64,000 bases of DNA. It comes from Protoeuglena noctilucae. Its lineage: Eukaryota. The notes below the pieces were generated by a model. It was not told where the DNA came from and did no database searches. It worked only from the letters and a program-made list of their open reading frames with translations. The position numbers and the translations under genes were made by a program. Shown here piece after piece: positions 25,364 through 37,445 of the stretch (position 1 is the first letter of the stretch; each line of letters starts with the position of its first letter). The stretch spans positions 1,116,001-1,180,000 of the forward strand of contig OY253671.1 in assembly GCA_958009085.1 (NCBI GenBank), given 5' to 3'.

Positions 25364-27605
25364 TCAGTTCCCCAGCCTCATGGCCCGCAGCGACCGCGCC
25401 ACGTCGACGTAGACGACCGAGTGGCCGTCGCTGCTCATGGCCACGATGCCCTCGCCCAAGCGGCAGAGGCCGCGCCAGATCAGCGGCCCTTTCGGGGACC
25501 CCACCTCCCACAGCGCGACGTCCCCACCCTCAGTGACGCCCACGGCGCGACTCCCATCGTCAGACAGGTGGCAGCACCGAAGCGGGGACGTCCCATCGCT
25601 GCCCTCCGCACGCGTCCCTGCCTCGACGTCCGACGCCGCGCCCGTCCCTTTCACACGCACCTGGCCCCACATGCCGGGCGCCCGTGCCAGGTTCTGCCAC
25701 GCGTCCGTCGCCGGCCCCGCCACCGTCATCCTCCTCATCGCCGCGCCCGACCCCACGTCCGCGAGCACCATGGCCCCGTCGCGCTGGAGCACGAGGGCAA
25801 AGTCGCCCACCGACGACAGCGTGCACGCCTGGGCAGCCTCCCCGCCCTCCCCGACGTGCGCCAGGCGCCTCCCTGGCACCGCGCCGATCAAGTCCACGAG
25901 CCACGCGCCCCGGAGCCCCGTGACCACCGCAGAAGACCCGTCGCGAGACACGGCCACCGACGTCGCGAAGGGCGCGGCCGGCTGACCGGTTGCTGTGCCC
26001 GGGCATGCCATCTCGGTCAGGCGAGCGCCCCGGACCAGGTCCCATATCTCCAGAGTCCCGCTTGCGCGCGCCACGACTCCCAAGGTGCCGTCGCCAGACG
26101 TGTCACAGGCGGTGGCCACCGGCGCCTCGCCCCGCGCGACCAGCTCATGCCTCAGAGACATGGACGGCAGGTCCAGCACCGACACGGCGCCTGAGGACGT
26201 GCGCAGGAGCCCGACGCGGCCGTGCACGGCCATGCGGACCTCTGCAATGGACTCCGGATGCTGTGAGCTTGTGGACGCCAGGTGAGAGGCCACACGGACG
26301 GGGCCGTGGACGCGGCTGAGGCGCCACAGCGACACGCGGCCGCCCGCAGTGCCCGTCAGCACCCACCGACCGTCCCCACTGACGCACACGCACGTGATGC
26401 GCGGCGTCACCCACGCCATGACGTGCCAGAGGACCTGACGCAGGGCCACGCGCCAGCAGAGCGCGGCAGCCACGCACAGCGCCAGGGCCGCCCACCCGGG
26501 AAGGCCCCCGGCCCACCCCTGCGGCCTCGCCAGCCACGCACGAGCACCCGCACTGAAGCTCAGCAGCGCATCGCGCGGCCGGCCCGCCACCGCCATCGCC
26601 ACCTTGCCCAGCTTGTACAACAGAAACGCCACGCCCAGCGCCAACACCGACACGGCCAGCAGTGCCGGGGCCCGGGCGGCCCAGACTCCGAAGGACTGGG
26701 GCGGCCGGGCGTCGACGGGAGCGGCCTCCTGCGTCGCGACTGAGGGGTGGAGAAGCTCAGGAACTGGATGGAGTAACGGGGTCGGGCATCGCGCGTGCGG
26801 CAAACGCTGCGTGTCTTACCTCAAGAGAGCCGGCGATGCTGCTTAGCCGGTCCTTTAGTCGGTCCAGGGATTCGCGCAAGGCGGCCTCCTGGCCGCGTCT
26901 CCAGTCCAGCGTGATGCCGACGGCCCGCAGCTCGTTGTCGTGCAGGCGCCGGCTGAACACCCTCCCGAAGGGCAGCCCTCCGACCTTGCGGCTGCGCTTG
27001 ATCAGTCGCACGGCCAGGACCAGGCAGGGGCGAGCCTGGGCGACGAGGTGGTTCTGGAGCGCGGAGCCCCCCCAAACGCCCTCCTTCCGGACGTCCCTCC
27101 TGCTCTTCTTCTTCCCGTCTCCGCGCCCTCCCAGAATGCCCCGCCTGGCTGCTTCCTGCGCCTCGGCCGTCTGCTCCGTCAAGTGCTCCAGCCTTTTGCG
27201 AATGCGCTTGGCCACCCGGGCCATCTCCACCTCGATGCTGCCCTCTTTCACATCCGCCACAATGTCCTGCGCGCGAAGGGGAGAGAAGTTCGCTTTCTCG
27301 ACGCGCTTGGCGGGCGAGCGAGGCCGAGCTGTCTCTTGTGGTCTTACCCCGCACTTCGTGGCAAGTGCCACAACTTCGGTAGCTAGATACGACATTTTCG
27401 TCACAGAGACCACACGTAGGTGAACAAGACAGGCATCGGGAGCAGCGCAAAGGTGGGAAGCATGCACAGTCACACTGGGGGCCTGCTGTACGGCCGCCCA
27501 GGGCGCCTCGCAGCCCGGTCTGAACAGGAAATGCGAGTGAATCTCAAAGTAAGTCCGCAGTGCCCAAGGAAGCGCGGGTTTCCCTGGCAATGGGTTGTCT
27601 TTCAT
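25364..27605 (-). CDS. WD40-repeat protein with basic/helical N-terminus and two hydrophobic segments; 5' end uncertain
   Basis: WD repeats ITCVCVSGDGRWVLTGTAGGRVSLW, ACDTSGDGTLGVVARASGTLEIWD and CCHLSDDGSRAVGVTEGGDVALWE. Hydrophobic LLAVSVLALGVAFLLY and WAALALCVAAALCW precede them. Confidence 0.7.
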
Positions 27606-27739
27606 CTTTTTCTGCCAGTGCTGGCCTTGCCGGCTCTATCTTTGGGTGACATAAGTCACTGCTCTTCTTCTTCTTCGCGAGGGAACTCAGTGGAATAGGG
27701 CAAGGCCTCAGAATTGCGAGATCAGCATCACATGGGGCG

Positions 27740-28973
27740 ATGACCGGGCCACCGGTAACGGGGCCGCCGAGCCCGGACGATACGCTCGTGGGCATGGCGC
27801 TCAAGGTCCTCTACGCCGGCAGTCCATTCGTGAAAGCATCGTACGCTGAGGAGGCCGCTCAGCTTTGGCTGTCTCGCAAGGCACGGGCCCTGATGCGAGC
27901 GGCGGCCCGCTTTCGTGCCTCCATCGTCAGTCACTGCGGCCTCATCGCGGGAGATTCGCCGCCAACCTGGAAGCCCGGGAGCTGCTGCCGCAGGTCACGC
28001 GCGTGGCACCACCTCCGGAGGCGAGGGAGGAGCCCCCACAGCGGCCGGCGAGGGACGACGCTGTGCAGATCGTCCATCCGGGTCGGGCGCCGAAACGAGG
28101 AAACGCAGGGACCCTCGCATCAAGGGTGGCGATAGTCCATGCGCTCGTGCATACCGAGGTGCGGCAGGGCCCCATGTGTGTCACCTGGGATGGGCGGTAC
28201 TCACGCCCTATGCGCTACTCCGCGTCTCTCCACCGCCTCAGTCCTGGGCCATCGACCTGTTCTACGATCTCATAGCGCGGTTCGCTGGGGACCCCCAATA
28301 CGGCGACCTCCCAGTGGAGTTTTACGACGTGATACGCGGCGCCCAGCAAGAGGCCAAGCACTTCTGCCTCCTGGCAAATCGCCTGGAGGAGATGGGCAGC
28401 CGGTACGGGGCGCTGCCGGCGCACGACGGCCTGTGGGAGACCGCGGAGATGACGGCCCACAATCTGCCTGCGCGGCTGGCTGTGGAGCACTGCGTGCACG
28501 AGGCCCGGGGTGTTGACGTGCTCCCCACCACCGCCGCCAAGTTCCAGGCGAGCGGGGACTCCGACACGTACCGGCTGCTGATGGAGGTGAGTCTCGGAAT
28601 GCGAGGGGCCATGCACGGGTCTTGATGACCGTGCCGTGCTGCAAGACACACAGATGGACGCACTGGGCCATCCGTGCAGGTGGTGTACCCTGAGGAGATC
28701 GAGCATTGCCGGGCGGGGGTCACGTGGCTGCGGCACCTGCACGCGCACGCGCATGCGCTGCCGGGGGACGCGGGGAGCGTCCCCGAGTGGGCGCGATGGG
28801 CCCGCCGGTTCTCTCGCGTTGAGTGCTGGTTCCAGTGGCTGGTCAAACGGCATCTCTACGGGGTGCTTCGGCCGCCATTTAACGTGCCGGCGAGGGAGGC
28901 GGCTGGCTTCGAGCCTTCATGGTACGAACCCCTGAGTGATCATGCGCTTGATCCTCAGCCCGACTTGCCATAG
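27740..28973 (+). CDS. DUF455 ferritin-like family protein (multi-exon)
   Basis: PQRPAR, VHALVHTESWAIDL, EAKHFCLL..RLEEMGSRYGALPAHDGLW, HEARGVDV, EEIEHCRAGVTW and LRPPFNVPAREAAGF. Confidence 0.9.
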
Positions 28974-29140
28974 CTGCCGTGTCGTGTTTGCATGTGAGGT
29001 GTGTCGCCATGTTGCCCGCTTCCTAACATTCGTCGCGTCCGCGTGTTGCCTTGTCGCCCTGCTTCTTCACATCCGTCAAGCTGGGCTAGAGTAAAAGAGT
29101 GGGTTGGACGCTGGATGCTGTGCTCTAGGCTAGTGCCGGT

Positions 29141-30886
29141 TCAGGCCTTTTTGCTCTGGAAGACGTCCGTCAGAATGTTGGAGAGGCGGTCGTCGATCTT
29201 GGCGTCGCTGGCGAGGCCCTTGGCCAGGCTGCTCAGGCCCTCGAACAGGCGCGTGACCTCTTGCTGTCGCATGCGCCCCGACGGCTGCTCGTCCACGGAG
29301 CTCATCAGGTGGTTGAAGCTCTTGACCGCCTCCTCCGCCGCCGAGGCGCGCATGGCCTTGGGATCCGCCCGCACCTCCTGCGCCGGCAAGACGCAACCGC
29401 TGCCTGGGTCAAAGACCGCCCCGCCCCGCGCCAGCTGCGACCGACGCGGCGCGCCGGGCGGCATCCTCGCCTCAACGACGTCCTCCAGGATGTCGAGCGC
29501 CGACACCGTCTCCGCGTCCAGCATCAGCTCCGGCACGCCCTGGCTCGCCGCGTCTGCCAGCTCCTGCAGCAGCTGCTCGGCCTCCTCCATCGACACGCCC
29601 CCGTCCATGGCCACGGCCGTCGCCATCATCTCCCGCACCGTCTCCAGCTGCTCCCGGAAACTCAACAGGTCCGCCTCGGCCTGCGCCAGCTCCACCTGCG
29701 TGCTGGCCAGCTCCTCGCGAAGCCTGCGCGGGACACGGGACGGCGTGCGTAATTGACTAAAGTCAGTCCGGGCGCGTTCACTCGCTCCCTCCCACACCGC
29801 GCCCTCACTTGTTGCGCTCCTCGGACGCCAGCTCGAGCGCGGCCATCGCGTCCACGAGCATCGAGTTGGACTTGCGGATCTCCACGCGCGTCTCCGCCAC
29901 CTCCTGCTTGGCCACCAGGAGCTCCTGCTTCTTCGTCTGCAGCATCGCCCGCATCTCCTCCGTCTCGGCGCGCGCCGCCGCGGCCTCCCGCGTCGCCTGC
30001 AGCAGCTGCTGCTGCGAGGCCGCCAGCTCCCGACGCAGCTCGAGGGCCTCCACGCGCGAGGACGCCGCCTCCGCCTGCGCCGCCCGCAGCGCCGCGCTGG
30101 ACCGCGCACGCAGCGCGGACGACGACTCCAGGCTCTCCTCCCGCGCGGCCAGCCCCGCCCCCTCCACCCGCGCCACCGGGGCCGGCGCCGACGTCCCCGC
30201 CGGGCCGTCCGCGTCGCGTCGCCGCGCGGGGACCGGAGGGCTCTTCAGCGGGTCGGGAACCCGCCGCACCCGGATCTTCTGCGCCAGCAGGTCCCTCGCG
30301 CTGGTGCTCGTCCCGCTCGAGGCCTGGAAGTGCCCGTTCACGCCGTTCGACTCGCTTTGGGTGTCCACAGCGGGATCATCCATCGCCCTCGTCCGCACCC
30401 TCACGCTCCGCGCTGCCCGCGCCGCCCCATGCGCCCGCGGGAAGCCGGCCACCCGCGAGGGGTGGAGAGCCTGCGAGCAAGCCACGGGAGCGGTTCGACT
30501 CCTCGGCGCGAGGGAGGGCGCTGGGACAAAAAGGGTGCGTCACGCGTGCGCGAGGCGCACGACGGGGCGGGGCCTCCGCGCGCCGCAGAGCCCATGTGTC
30601 CCCCGCCGCAAACCGCCCGCTCAAGATGAGGGCCCCGCGCGGGGACGCAGGGCGTCGCGGGCCGCGCGCTGGCCTCCTGACGCCGAGATCGGCGCGTCGA
30701 GCGTCTCTCCCGCGTCCCGGCGCGGTCCCCGGGCGCTCGGCTGGGGCCCCCCCTTGTGGGGTCTATCGGGTCAGCGAACCCCCGGGCCCGGCGACAAGGC
30801 GGGGAGGGCGGGGCTCAGCGCACGCAACAAGCGCGACACAATGGAAGCGCGGGGGGGAGCGCACGCGTCGACGCCGCTCGGATCAT
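29141..30886 (-). CDS. Coiled-coil hypothetical protein, possibly organelle-targeted; first exon tentative
   Basis: Long heptad-rich E/A/R/L exons (29805-30480 and 29430-29722), N-terminal R/A/S-rich stretch RAARSVRVRTRA, and terminal exon ...TDVFQSKKA*. Candidate ATG at 30886 (MIRAASTRAL). Confidence 0.6.
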
Positions 30887-30972
30887 CGGGGCGGGAGCCC
30901 GTGACGCGAAAGCCCAGGAATCCAAGCCTGGCAGCCTCCCCCCGGGCTCGAGAGGCCAAAGAGGAAGCAATT

Positions 30973-33900
30973 ATGGCGTGTGAGGAGCCGGCGCGGCGCG
31001 TCGACCGCCCGGGGGCCCAAGCGAGGGGAGGGACCCAAGACTGGCGCGGGAGAGGCCGCACGCCCCCGCCGCGCGCTCCTGGCGCCCCACCTGTCCGACT
31101 ACCAGCACCATTGCGCCCCCCGCCGCGCCGGAGGCCGCCAAAGTCACCCCCAAGCCCGTTGGCGGTCGCTGCGCTGGAGAAACCAGCTCACTAGGTGGAA
31201 GGCAAGCAATTGTGTGCGATAAGTGTACGACGCGGTGCTTTTTTCGCCGGTGCGCAAGGGCGCCTAGTTTCTGGCGACAGACTTCAGTTTCGCATCCAAA
31301 GGAGTGACACCTGCGAGCTGACACAGCCTCCTGGGGACTGTGCATCCGCCTGGATCCAGGCTTGCAGAGCATCGCCACTCCCGCCGCCCAGTCTCCGCGC
31401 TTGGTTCAGCGCAGCGGCTCGACAGCACGCTTGCGCGGCTCATCGCGCTGCGGGCGGGGCAGGAGCGCCGAGGGAGGTTTTGGGGAACGAGAAGAAGCTG
31501 CTGCAGCTGGGCCGGGGCGGGGCGGCGTCGGGGTCGGCGGGCAGGCCATGCTCCGGGCCATCGGCCGGCGATGCCTGATCGCAGCCGACTCGGCGGTCGG
31601 GCCACCTGCGGCGCGGAGGGCGTATTGGTCATGGTCGAATGTCCTGAACCAGCTGGAGGCGAGCGGCGCGGGTGGACGGCGCTGCGGACTGCGGGCCCGG
31701 CGCCTGTTGCACTCGGGGGCCTGTTTCGCGTGCATCCCCGCCGATGCCCCCTCGCCGACCTGTCCTGCTTGCAGGAACGCGGTCATATCGCCGGTGCGCT
31801 TGAGCCTCTGATGAAGAAGCGCCTCCATTACTTCGACTCCGTCGACAAAGACCTGGCGTGGCTGACGGATGGGTGCGTGCGTTGTTGGGCCGGTCGTCCG
31901 AGGCTGCGCCCGCCGCTTTCGATTGTCTGAGTGGCTGGAGAGCTCGTCTCTGCTCACGCCAGGCCACGACGCATTCGCAGGGAGCGTGCCAAGGAGGTGA
32001 AGGCGATGATTTTCGAGAAGCTGCTTATGGAGGAGGTGTTGATGCAGGACACGGTGAAGGATGCGCGATTCTGGGCTCTGCGAAACGCCTACGGGACCCA
32101 GAAGTGAGGGCACGCTCGCCTGACCCCATGCGGAGTGTGCGGCTTGGCATCATGTTGCGTCACCCCCCTGCCGCTCTGCTGACCACTGCAGGCGCATGCA
32201 GCTGGCGGACGGGAGCGAGGTCGGGAAGCCAGCAGAGACGCGCGGCGCCCCGGACGGCGTCTACATGCCGGTCTCCCAGGCGGTGTGGGACCGGTGCCGG
32301 CACCAGGCCGAGTTCGCCTTTGCCCTCCTGGCCAACAACTGGCGGGAGCTGGGGTTCCGCCCCGCCGAGGCCGCCCCGCAGGCGCAGGAGGCGGGCTCAG
32401 GCGACGCGGCGGGGGAGGCGGCGGCCAGCGGCGGCGATGACGGGGCCGCAGCGACCGTCGGGTCGGACCGTGCAGACCCACCGGGCGCTCCTGCAGTGAC
32501 GGAGGCCGGCGTTTCGCACCCGGCGTGGGACTACGAGGACTACGCAGAGTACGCGGCGCGCTTCCTGCGCCGGATGGGCCACGAGAGGGAGGAGCTCGTC
32601 CTGCGTGCGCGGACCGACGTGGCCCGCTCGGCCGTGTACGTGGCGGCCAACCCCGCGCTGGAGGTGTCGGCGCTGAACCACTTTGAGAGCGGGGCGCAGG
32701 GGCTCTTCCAGTCGTGGTCCCGCGCCCTGAGCGCCGCGCAGTACCGGGAGATGATGGAGGGGGCGCAGCCGTTCGAACGGGGCGCGCTGCGTGCCAAGTC
32801 GGGCGCGGCGGACGAGGGCCGGGCGCTCCCCCGCGGCTGGGCGGTGTACAAGACCCTCGACTCGATGGACGCCCTGGAGGCGGAGCTGCGGGCGCTGTAC
32901 GAGGGCGGGCGGGCGGCGATGGAGCAGGTGGTGGCGGGCGACAGCGTGGCCGCGCGGCAGCTCGCCACGCAGGCGGGCCCTTCCTCGGACGACCAGGTCG
33001 TGGAGGAGGTGCCGGGCCCGTGCCACCGCCGGCTCTATGCCGTGGACCCTCGCACCCGTGCTGTGTGGTGGTCTTACGACTTTGCGTTGGGCGAGAACGG
33101 GACGCAGCCCGAGGCGAACGCGTACCTCAGCGACGGGGTGCGCGCCCAGGCGTTCGCCAAGAACCGCTTCTTCCCCTCGGTGTTCACCGTCCAACGCCTC
33201 GCCCAGGACTTACGCGTGCGGCCCCAGAGGTGACACATGAACTTTGCACGGCACGTGGCTCTGGGCGGGGCTGAAGAGACCGCGATTGCACCTGTGTGCG
33301 TGGCAGCGTTGATGTGGCATGGCTTCCAGGAGAGCCTCATGGCAGGGTTTGTGTTGCGTCCAGGGTGCTGGCGGCCATTGCGATGCAGCAGCTGGAGCTC
33401 CAGGCGTCGCTGTTTGGGCTCCCGCTAGACCAGGCCGCGCATGACAACCACGTGGCGGAGGAGGAGCAGCTGGGGCACCGGATGCGGCACGTGGGGATGG
33501 GCGCGGGCGGGGCGCCGGGTACGCTTGGCTCCGCTGAGCGGCGCGTGGTCCGCATCAAGACCTTCCCGTGGCAGTCGATGCGCAATCTGACGCGAGAAGA
33601 GTACATGGCGCGATGCCGCGCAAGAGGTGGGTGCTTGGCGGCTGCTTGGCGGTGTGATGGTGATGGATCTGCGAGTCAAAGGTGGCTTGGCTGAAGACAC
33701 TTAGTCTCTCTGGTGCTTCTGCAGCGGATCAGGAGGAGCAGGCGATGGTGCGGGAGATGGGAGACCGCGTCAAGTGGACCTTGGGAGTCACGGGGCAGGG
33801 CGTGCACAGGTGGGGCTGGGTTGCAATGGGGCTGACCGCAGCGCCCGATTCGATGCCGGGAGCTGGAAACTGAGTCATGAGACCTGGCATCCCTGTCTCG

Positions 33901-34276
33901 CAGGGGCCGACTGACGCGTGCGAGGATGCAGCTTAACAGGCCCAAGGATGGGAAGAGCTGGCCGCTGCTGGTGGAGATGACGGGTGCGTGGGCTGTCCGC
34001 TTGCAACCCTTCCTATGCTCTGCAGCGGGAGACTGGGAGACCTGGGATACAGGGCAATACGCGTCATCCCCTTGGCTGCTCTCAGACAAGCACTTGCGTT
34101 CGGAGAGCCGCGACGAGGACCTCGACGCGCGGATGTTTGTCGTGCAAGAGGACGGGCACACGCGGCCACTCACGTCCGGGGAGCGGGACTACGTGCTGCG
34201 GAGGATCCCGCTGAAGCGGAGGAGGTGGTTCAAGGTTCGGGAACCGGAGCCAGAGTTCAAGAGGAGGACTGCGTGA
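30973..34276 (+). CDS. Mitochondrial ribosomal protein mS45 (Bot1p / plant GCD1-like) with long N-terminal extension
   Basis: NAYLSDGVRAQAFAKNRFFPSVFTVQRLAQDLRVRPQRVLAAIAMQQLE resembles the mS45 helix-turn-helix core. C-terminal MFVVQEDGHTRPLTSGER..RRRW resembles the GCD1 C-terminus. Assignment from memory. Confidence 0.7.
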
Positions 34277-34324
34277 GGAATCAACGGCGCTATGCGGGGT
34301 TGTGGTTCGCAGTTACCTGCTAGC

Positions 34325-35607
34325 TTATTTGAATACCTTGAAGCACTCTGCGCTCGCGGGGCAGCTTAGGTGGAGCCAGCCCATGACGGTGCACATCGCC
34401 CACCGCACCGCCTCAAGAGCTCGCATGCCTGCGGGCGTGCCAGAGCACGTGGGGTCCGTCGCTATGTTGTTGCGATGGGCGCTATGATGGCAGCGGTGTG
34501 ATCCAGGCATGCGCAGGCGCTCACCAGCCTGCCGGGCGAACCAGAGGGCGAGGAAATATCGCCTTGGGAGGGACAGTACGGTGGCGAAGATGCCGAGGAC
34601 GTTGCCAGAAAACACCTGGGCCACCAGCGAGCCTCCCGCGAGGACGAGATGGAGGCCCTCGGGCGCCATCGGGATGCGGTGCGCCAGGGCCGCCAGCGCC
34701 CATAACGCTGCGCCGCACGACACCCAGACCTGGCGAAGGGCGTAGCCGACCCAGGCGAGCTGCCAGGGCAGCCGCACCAGTTGGCCCAGCAGCCAGGGAA
34801 GGGCCACGAGTACAAACCACCGGGCGTCTCGAACGACAGCGACGGCGGCGGACGCGAGAAGGCGGAGAAAGGCGAGGATGGCCCGGAGAGCGCGCATGAC
34901 GAGCGACTGCCTGGCCCGGGGCGGCAGGGTCGGGACCGGGATAGGTGCTGCCGGGCGCTTCGGAGGCTGCTTGGCCACCGCAGTCTGCGTGGGGTGTAAG
35001 GTATGCAGGTCAGAGTACTGGGACACCATCACTTGGTGATAGGGACTCGCACCCAAGCGCAGGGCCTCTGCGGCACCTGTCTGAGCAGCGAGTCGAGCAG
35101 GGCCTCGCATGCCTCCTCGGGGGCTGTAAGCGCATCTGCGTCACCGACCGCCTGGGCACCCCGCGCTTGGCTGGCCAGGGTGGAGGTCTTGCAACTGCGG
35201 CGGTGGCAGAGCAGTGCCTTGAGGTGCAAGCGTCGATTCCTTAGATGCGGCGACGGAGTGGGAGCTGGCTCTGCTTACCACAGCCCCTTTGCTTCCACCG
35301 CCAGGGTGACCAGGCAGTCGCCTGCATCGGGTTGGGTGTCCGCTGTGCCCAACCACAGGTCCCGCATCGTCGCAGCGAACACGGCGCCCCGATCCTGAAG
35401 GTCGAGGAGCTGCCCTTGCCAGGACTCGCCGAGCTCGACGTGGTCGAGGCTGTCGAGGAAGCCGCGGGCATGAGCGAAAGCCTGCTGAGGGATCGGGCAG
35501 TCCCCGTCGACGCCGAAGCTGGGGTCCGCGTGCGAGGTTTTGCAAATTACACATAGGAGCACGACCGCGCATGCTATCAGGCCGCTCCCGTGGCCAGGCG
35601 TCGGCAT
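34325..35607 (-). CDS. Hypothetical secreted/membrane protein
   Basis: Signal-peptide-like GLIACAVVLLCVICKTSHA, a Cys-containing segment, then several hydrophobic helices. In-phase GT-AG introns; ends ...CFKVFK*. Confidence 0.6.
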
Positions 35608-35919
35608 TCGTCTTTCACATCTTTACTGGCGCGACGAGGCGGGGCGGGCATGCAGGGGCATTCGCTGCATGCCTCCAAGGCTCCAAACACGCGTCTGTAT
35701 GGAGTGAGGGACGCACGCATGGGTTGTCAAGCTAGCTTGAGCTCGCAGCTCGCAGCCGGTCAGAAAAGCGCCAGCGTGAATGCAAGTGCTGGTGTCTCTT
35801 CGATTCCCAGCTATAGTTACTCGCCCTCGCTCTGGTGCCAGACAACTCTTGCTGTCCACGTGTATATCCATTCCCCCAAAGACTCTCACGGATCCCCTAG
35901 CTCGCTGGGATGCAAGAAC

Positions 35920-37400
35920 ATGAACTCTCTCGCACTGGATGTGAACGAAGTGGCGTTGGAGCGGCTTTCCGAGGGCGGTGCACTCCGCGGTAGCATCACC
36001 GTGACGAACGCGACGCAGGTGTTGCAATCGATTGTGATCAACGAGCCCTTCTCGGAGGGCGTGGCCTTTTGCATCGAAGATGGGCTGCAGGACGCCCTGG
36101 CCGGCATTGCTGCCACGACTCTCATCTTGGGTCCCGAACAGCGGGTGCGCATCGATGTGAAGGGCGCCCGGGACGACTGCAGGCGAGGCGCAGCGTGGGC
36201 GACGAAGTTGATGAAGCGTCTCAGCTGCTCACGCGACCTGTAGCTTCTACACCGCTTGAGTACGATGCACGCAGGGATATCATGGTCCTGGCGTGCGCGC
36301 TGGGCTCCATCCGCGTGCCCGTCCGTGGGCCCCGAGCAGCGCGAGACTCGGACGACTTTGCTGCGCAAGCAAATGCGTTCGAGAGTGCCGTGAAGCGGCG
36401 CCTGCTCGATGCGGAAGACGGAGAGGGCGGCTTGGACGGCGAGGGGGACGTGTCTATGCCCCAGGAGGGTGTCGGTGCGAACGACACAGAGAGGGACAGG
36501 GGCGAGGAGCGGCCAGTAGCTGCGCAAGATGATGCCCGTACCTCCCCAGCGCCGGCGGCGGTGAGCGGGGAAGAGCCCGGCGTTTCTCAGCGATCCGAGC
36601 GACCGAACAGCACCCCCGCCGAGTCACACGACGCTCCGCTGCCGATGCCCGTCATCAAGGCCTCGTTCCGTGGGCTCCCGGGGTCCGGCACGGCACGCGT
36701 CGCGCAGAGGACGATCGTCACCGAAGGCGGGGAGGAGCGTGTGGCTGCTCCCGCGACCCTGTCACTGCGGGCGGAAGCGCGCTTGCCGCCACGAGCGGCG
36801 CAGGTGGATGCCAGTGCTGCTGACCTGGCATGGACGGCCCATGTCGGCGTCAAAAACCACATTGAAGAGGTGGCCCGCCTCTCACGTGCAGGATGCGGGG
36901 CCATTAAGCCCCGTCCGTGCCAAGTACGACCACTCCCAGGGCGAGACGCTTTTTGAGATCAACGGGGAGTGGTACAACGCGAGGGGGGAGAGGGTGGGGA
37001 TGGATGCGGCCAGGTCACGTGGCGGCATGGGCAATCGTGGGAGCGGGGTTGACGGGGGGCTGGAGCTGACATGGAGGGCGCCCACCGGCATGGGGCAAAT
37101 CGAGGGGCCGTTGGGGATGGGAGCCGACCAGCTAAGGAGCGAACCGGATGGTGGCCGGTCGCCCACGCGTGCGTCGAGCAAGGCGAGCACCGTCTGCGCC
37201 TGAGTGGGCTTGTCAATGCACAGTCACACTTGGCTTTTCTTGGCTGTCAGCCTCACCTGCGTGCCGCTCTCTCACAACCGACGCAGAGCTCGCGAGGGGT
37301 CCTCCGGAGCCGCGTGGGGTCGACGGCGCAGAGCACAGGCGTGGCCAAGACCAGCCGGCGTGACATGGAAGCCAATTGGGAAGCTCTGGGAGGGTTGTGA
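35920..37400 (+). CDS. Hypothetical protein with N-terminal ASH/PapD-like Ig-fold domain
   Basis: LRGSITVTNATQVLQSIVINEP....F......LILGPEQRVRIDVK...RDIMVLACALGSIRVPVRG shows the beta-sandwich pattern (xxNxx ... LxPG-like ... VPV) of ASH domains. Low-complexity C-terminus. Confidence 0.5.
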
Positions 37401-37445
37401 GTCAGTTGTTATGGCTCTTTGAACAACTAGAGTAGTTGAGCCTCA

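Noticed and set aside
29809..31194. 461-aa plus-strand ORF
   Set aside because: Ser/Arg/Ala-rich antisense shadow of the coiled-coil gene.
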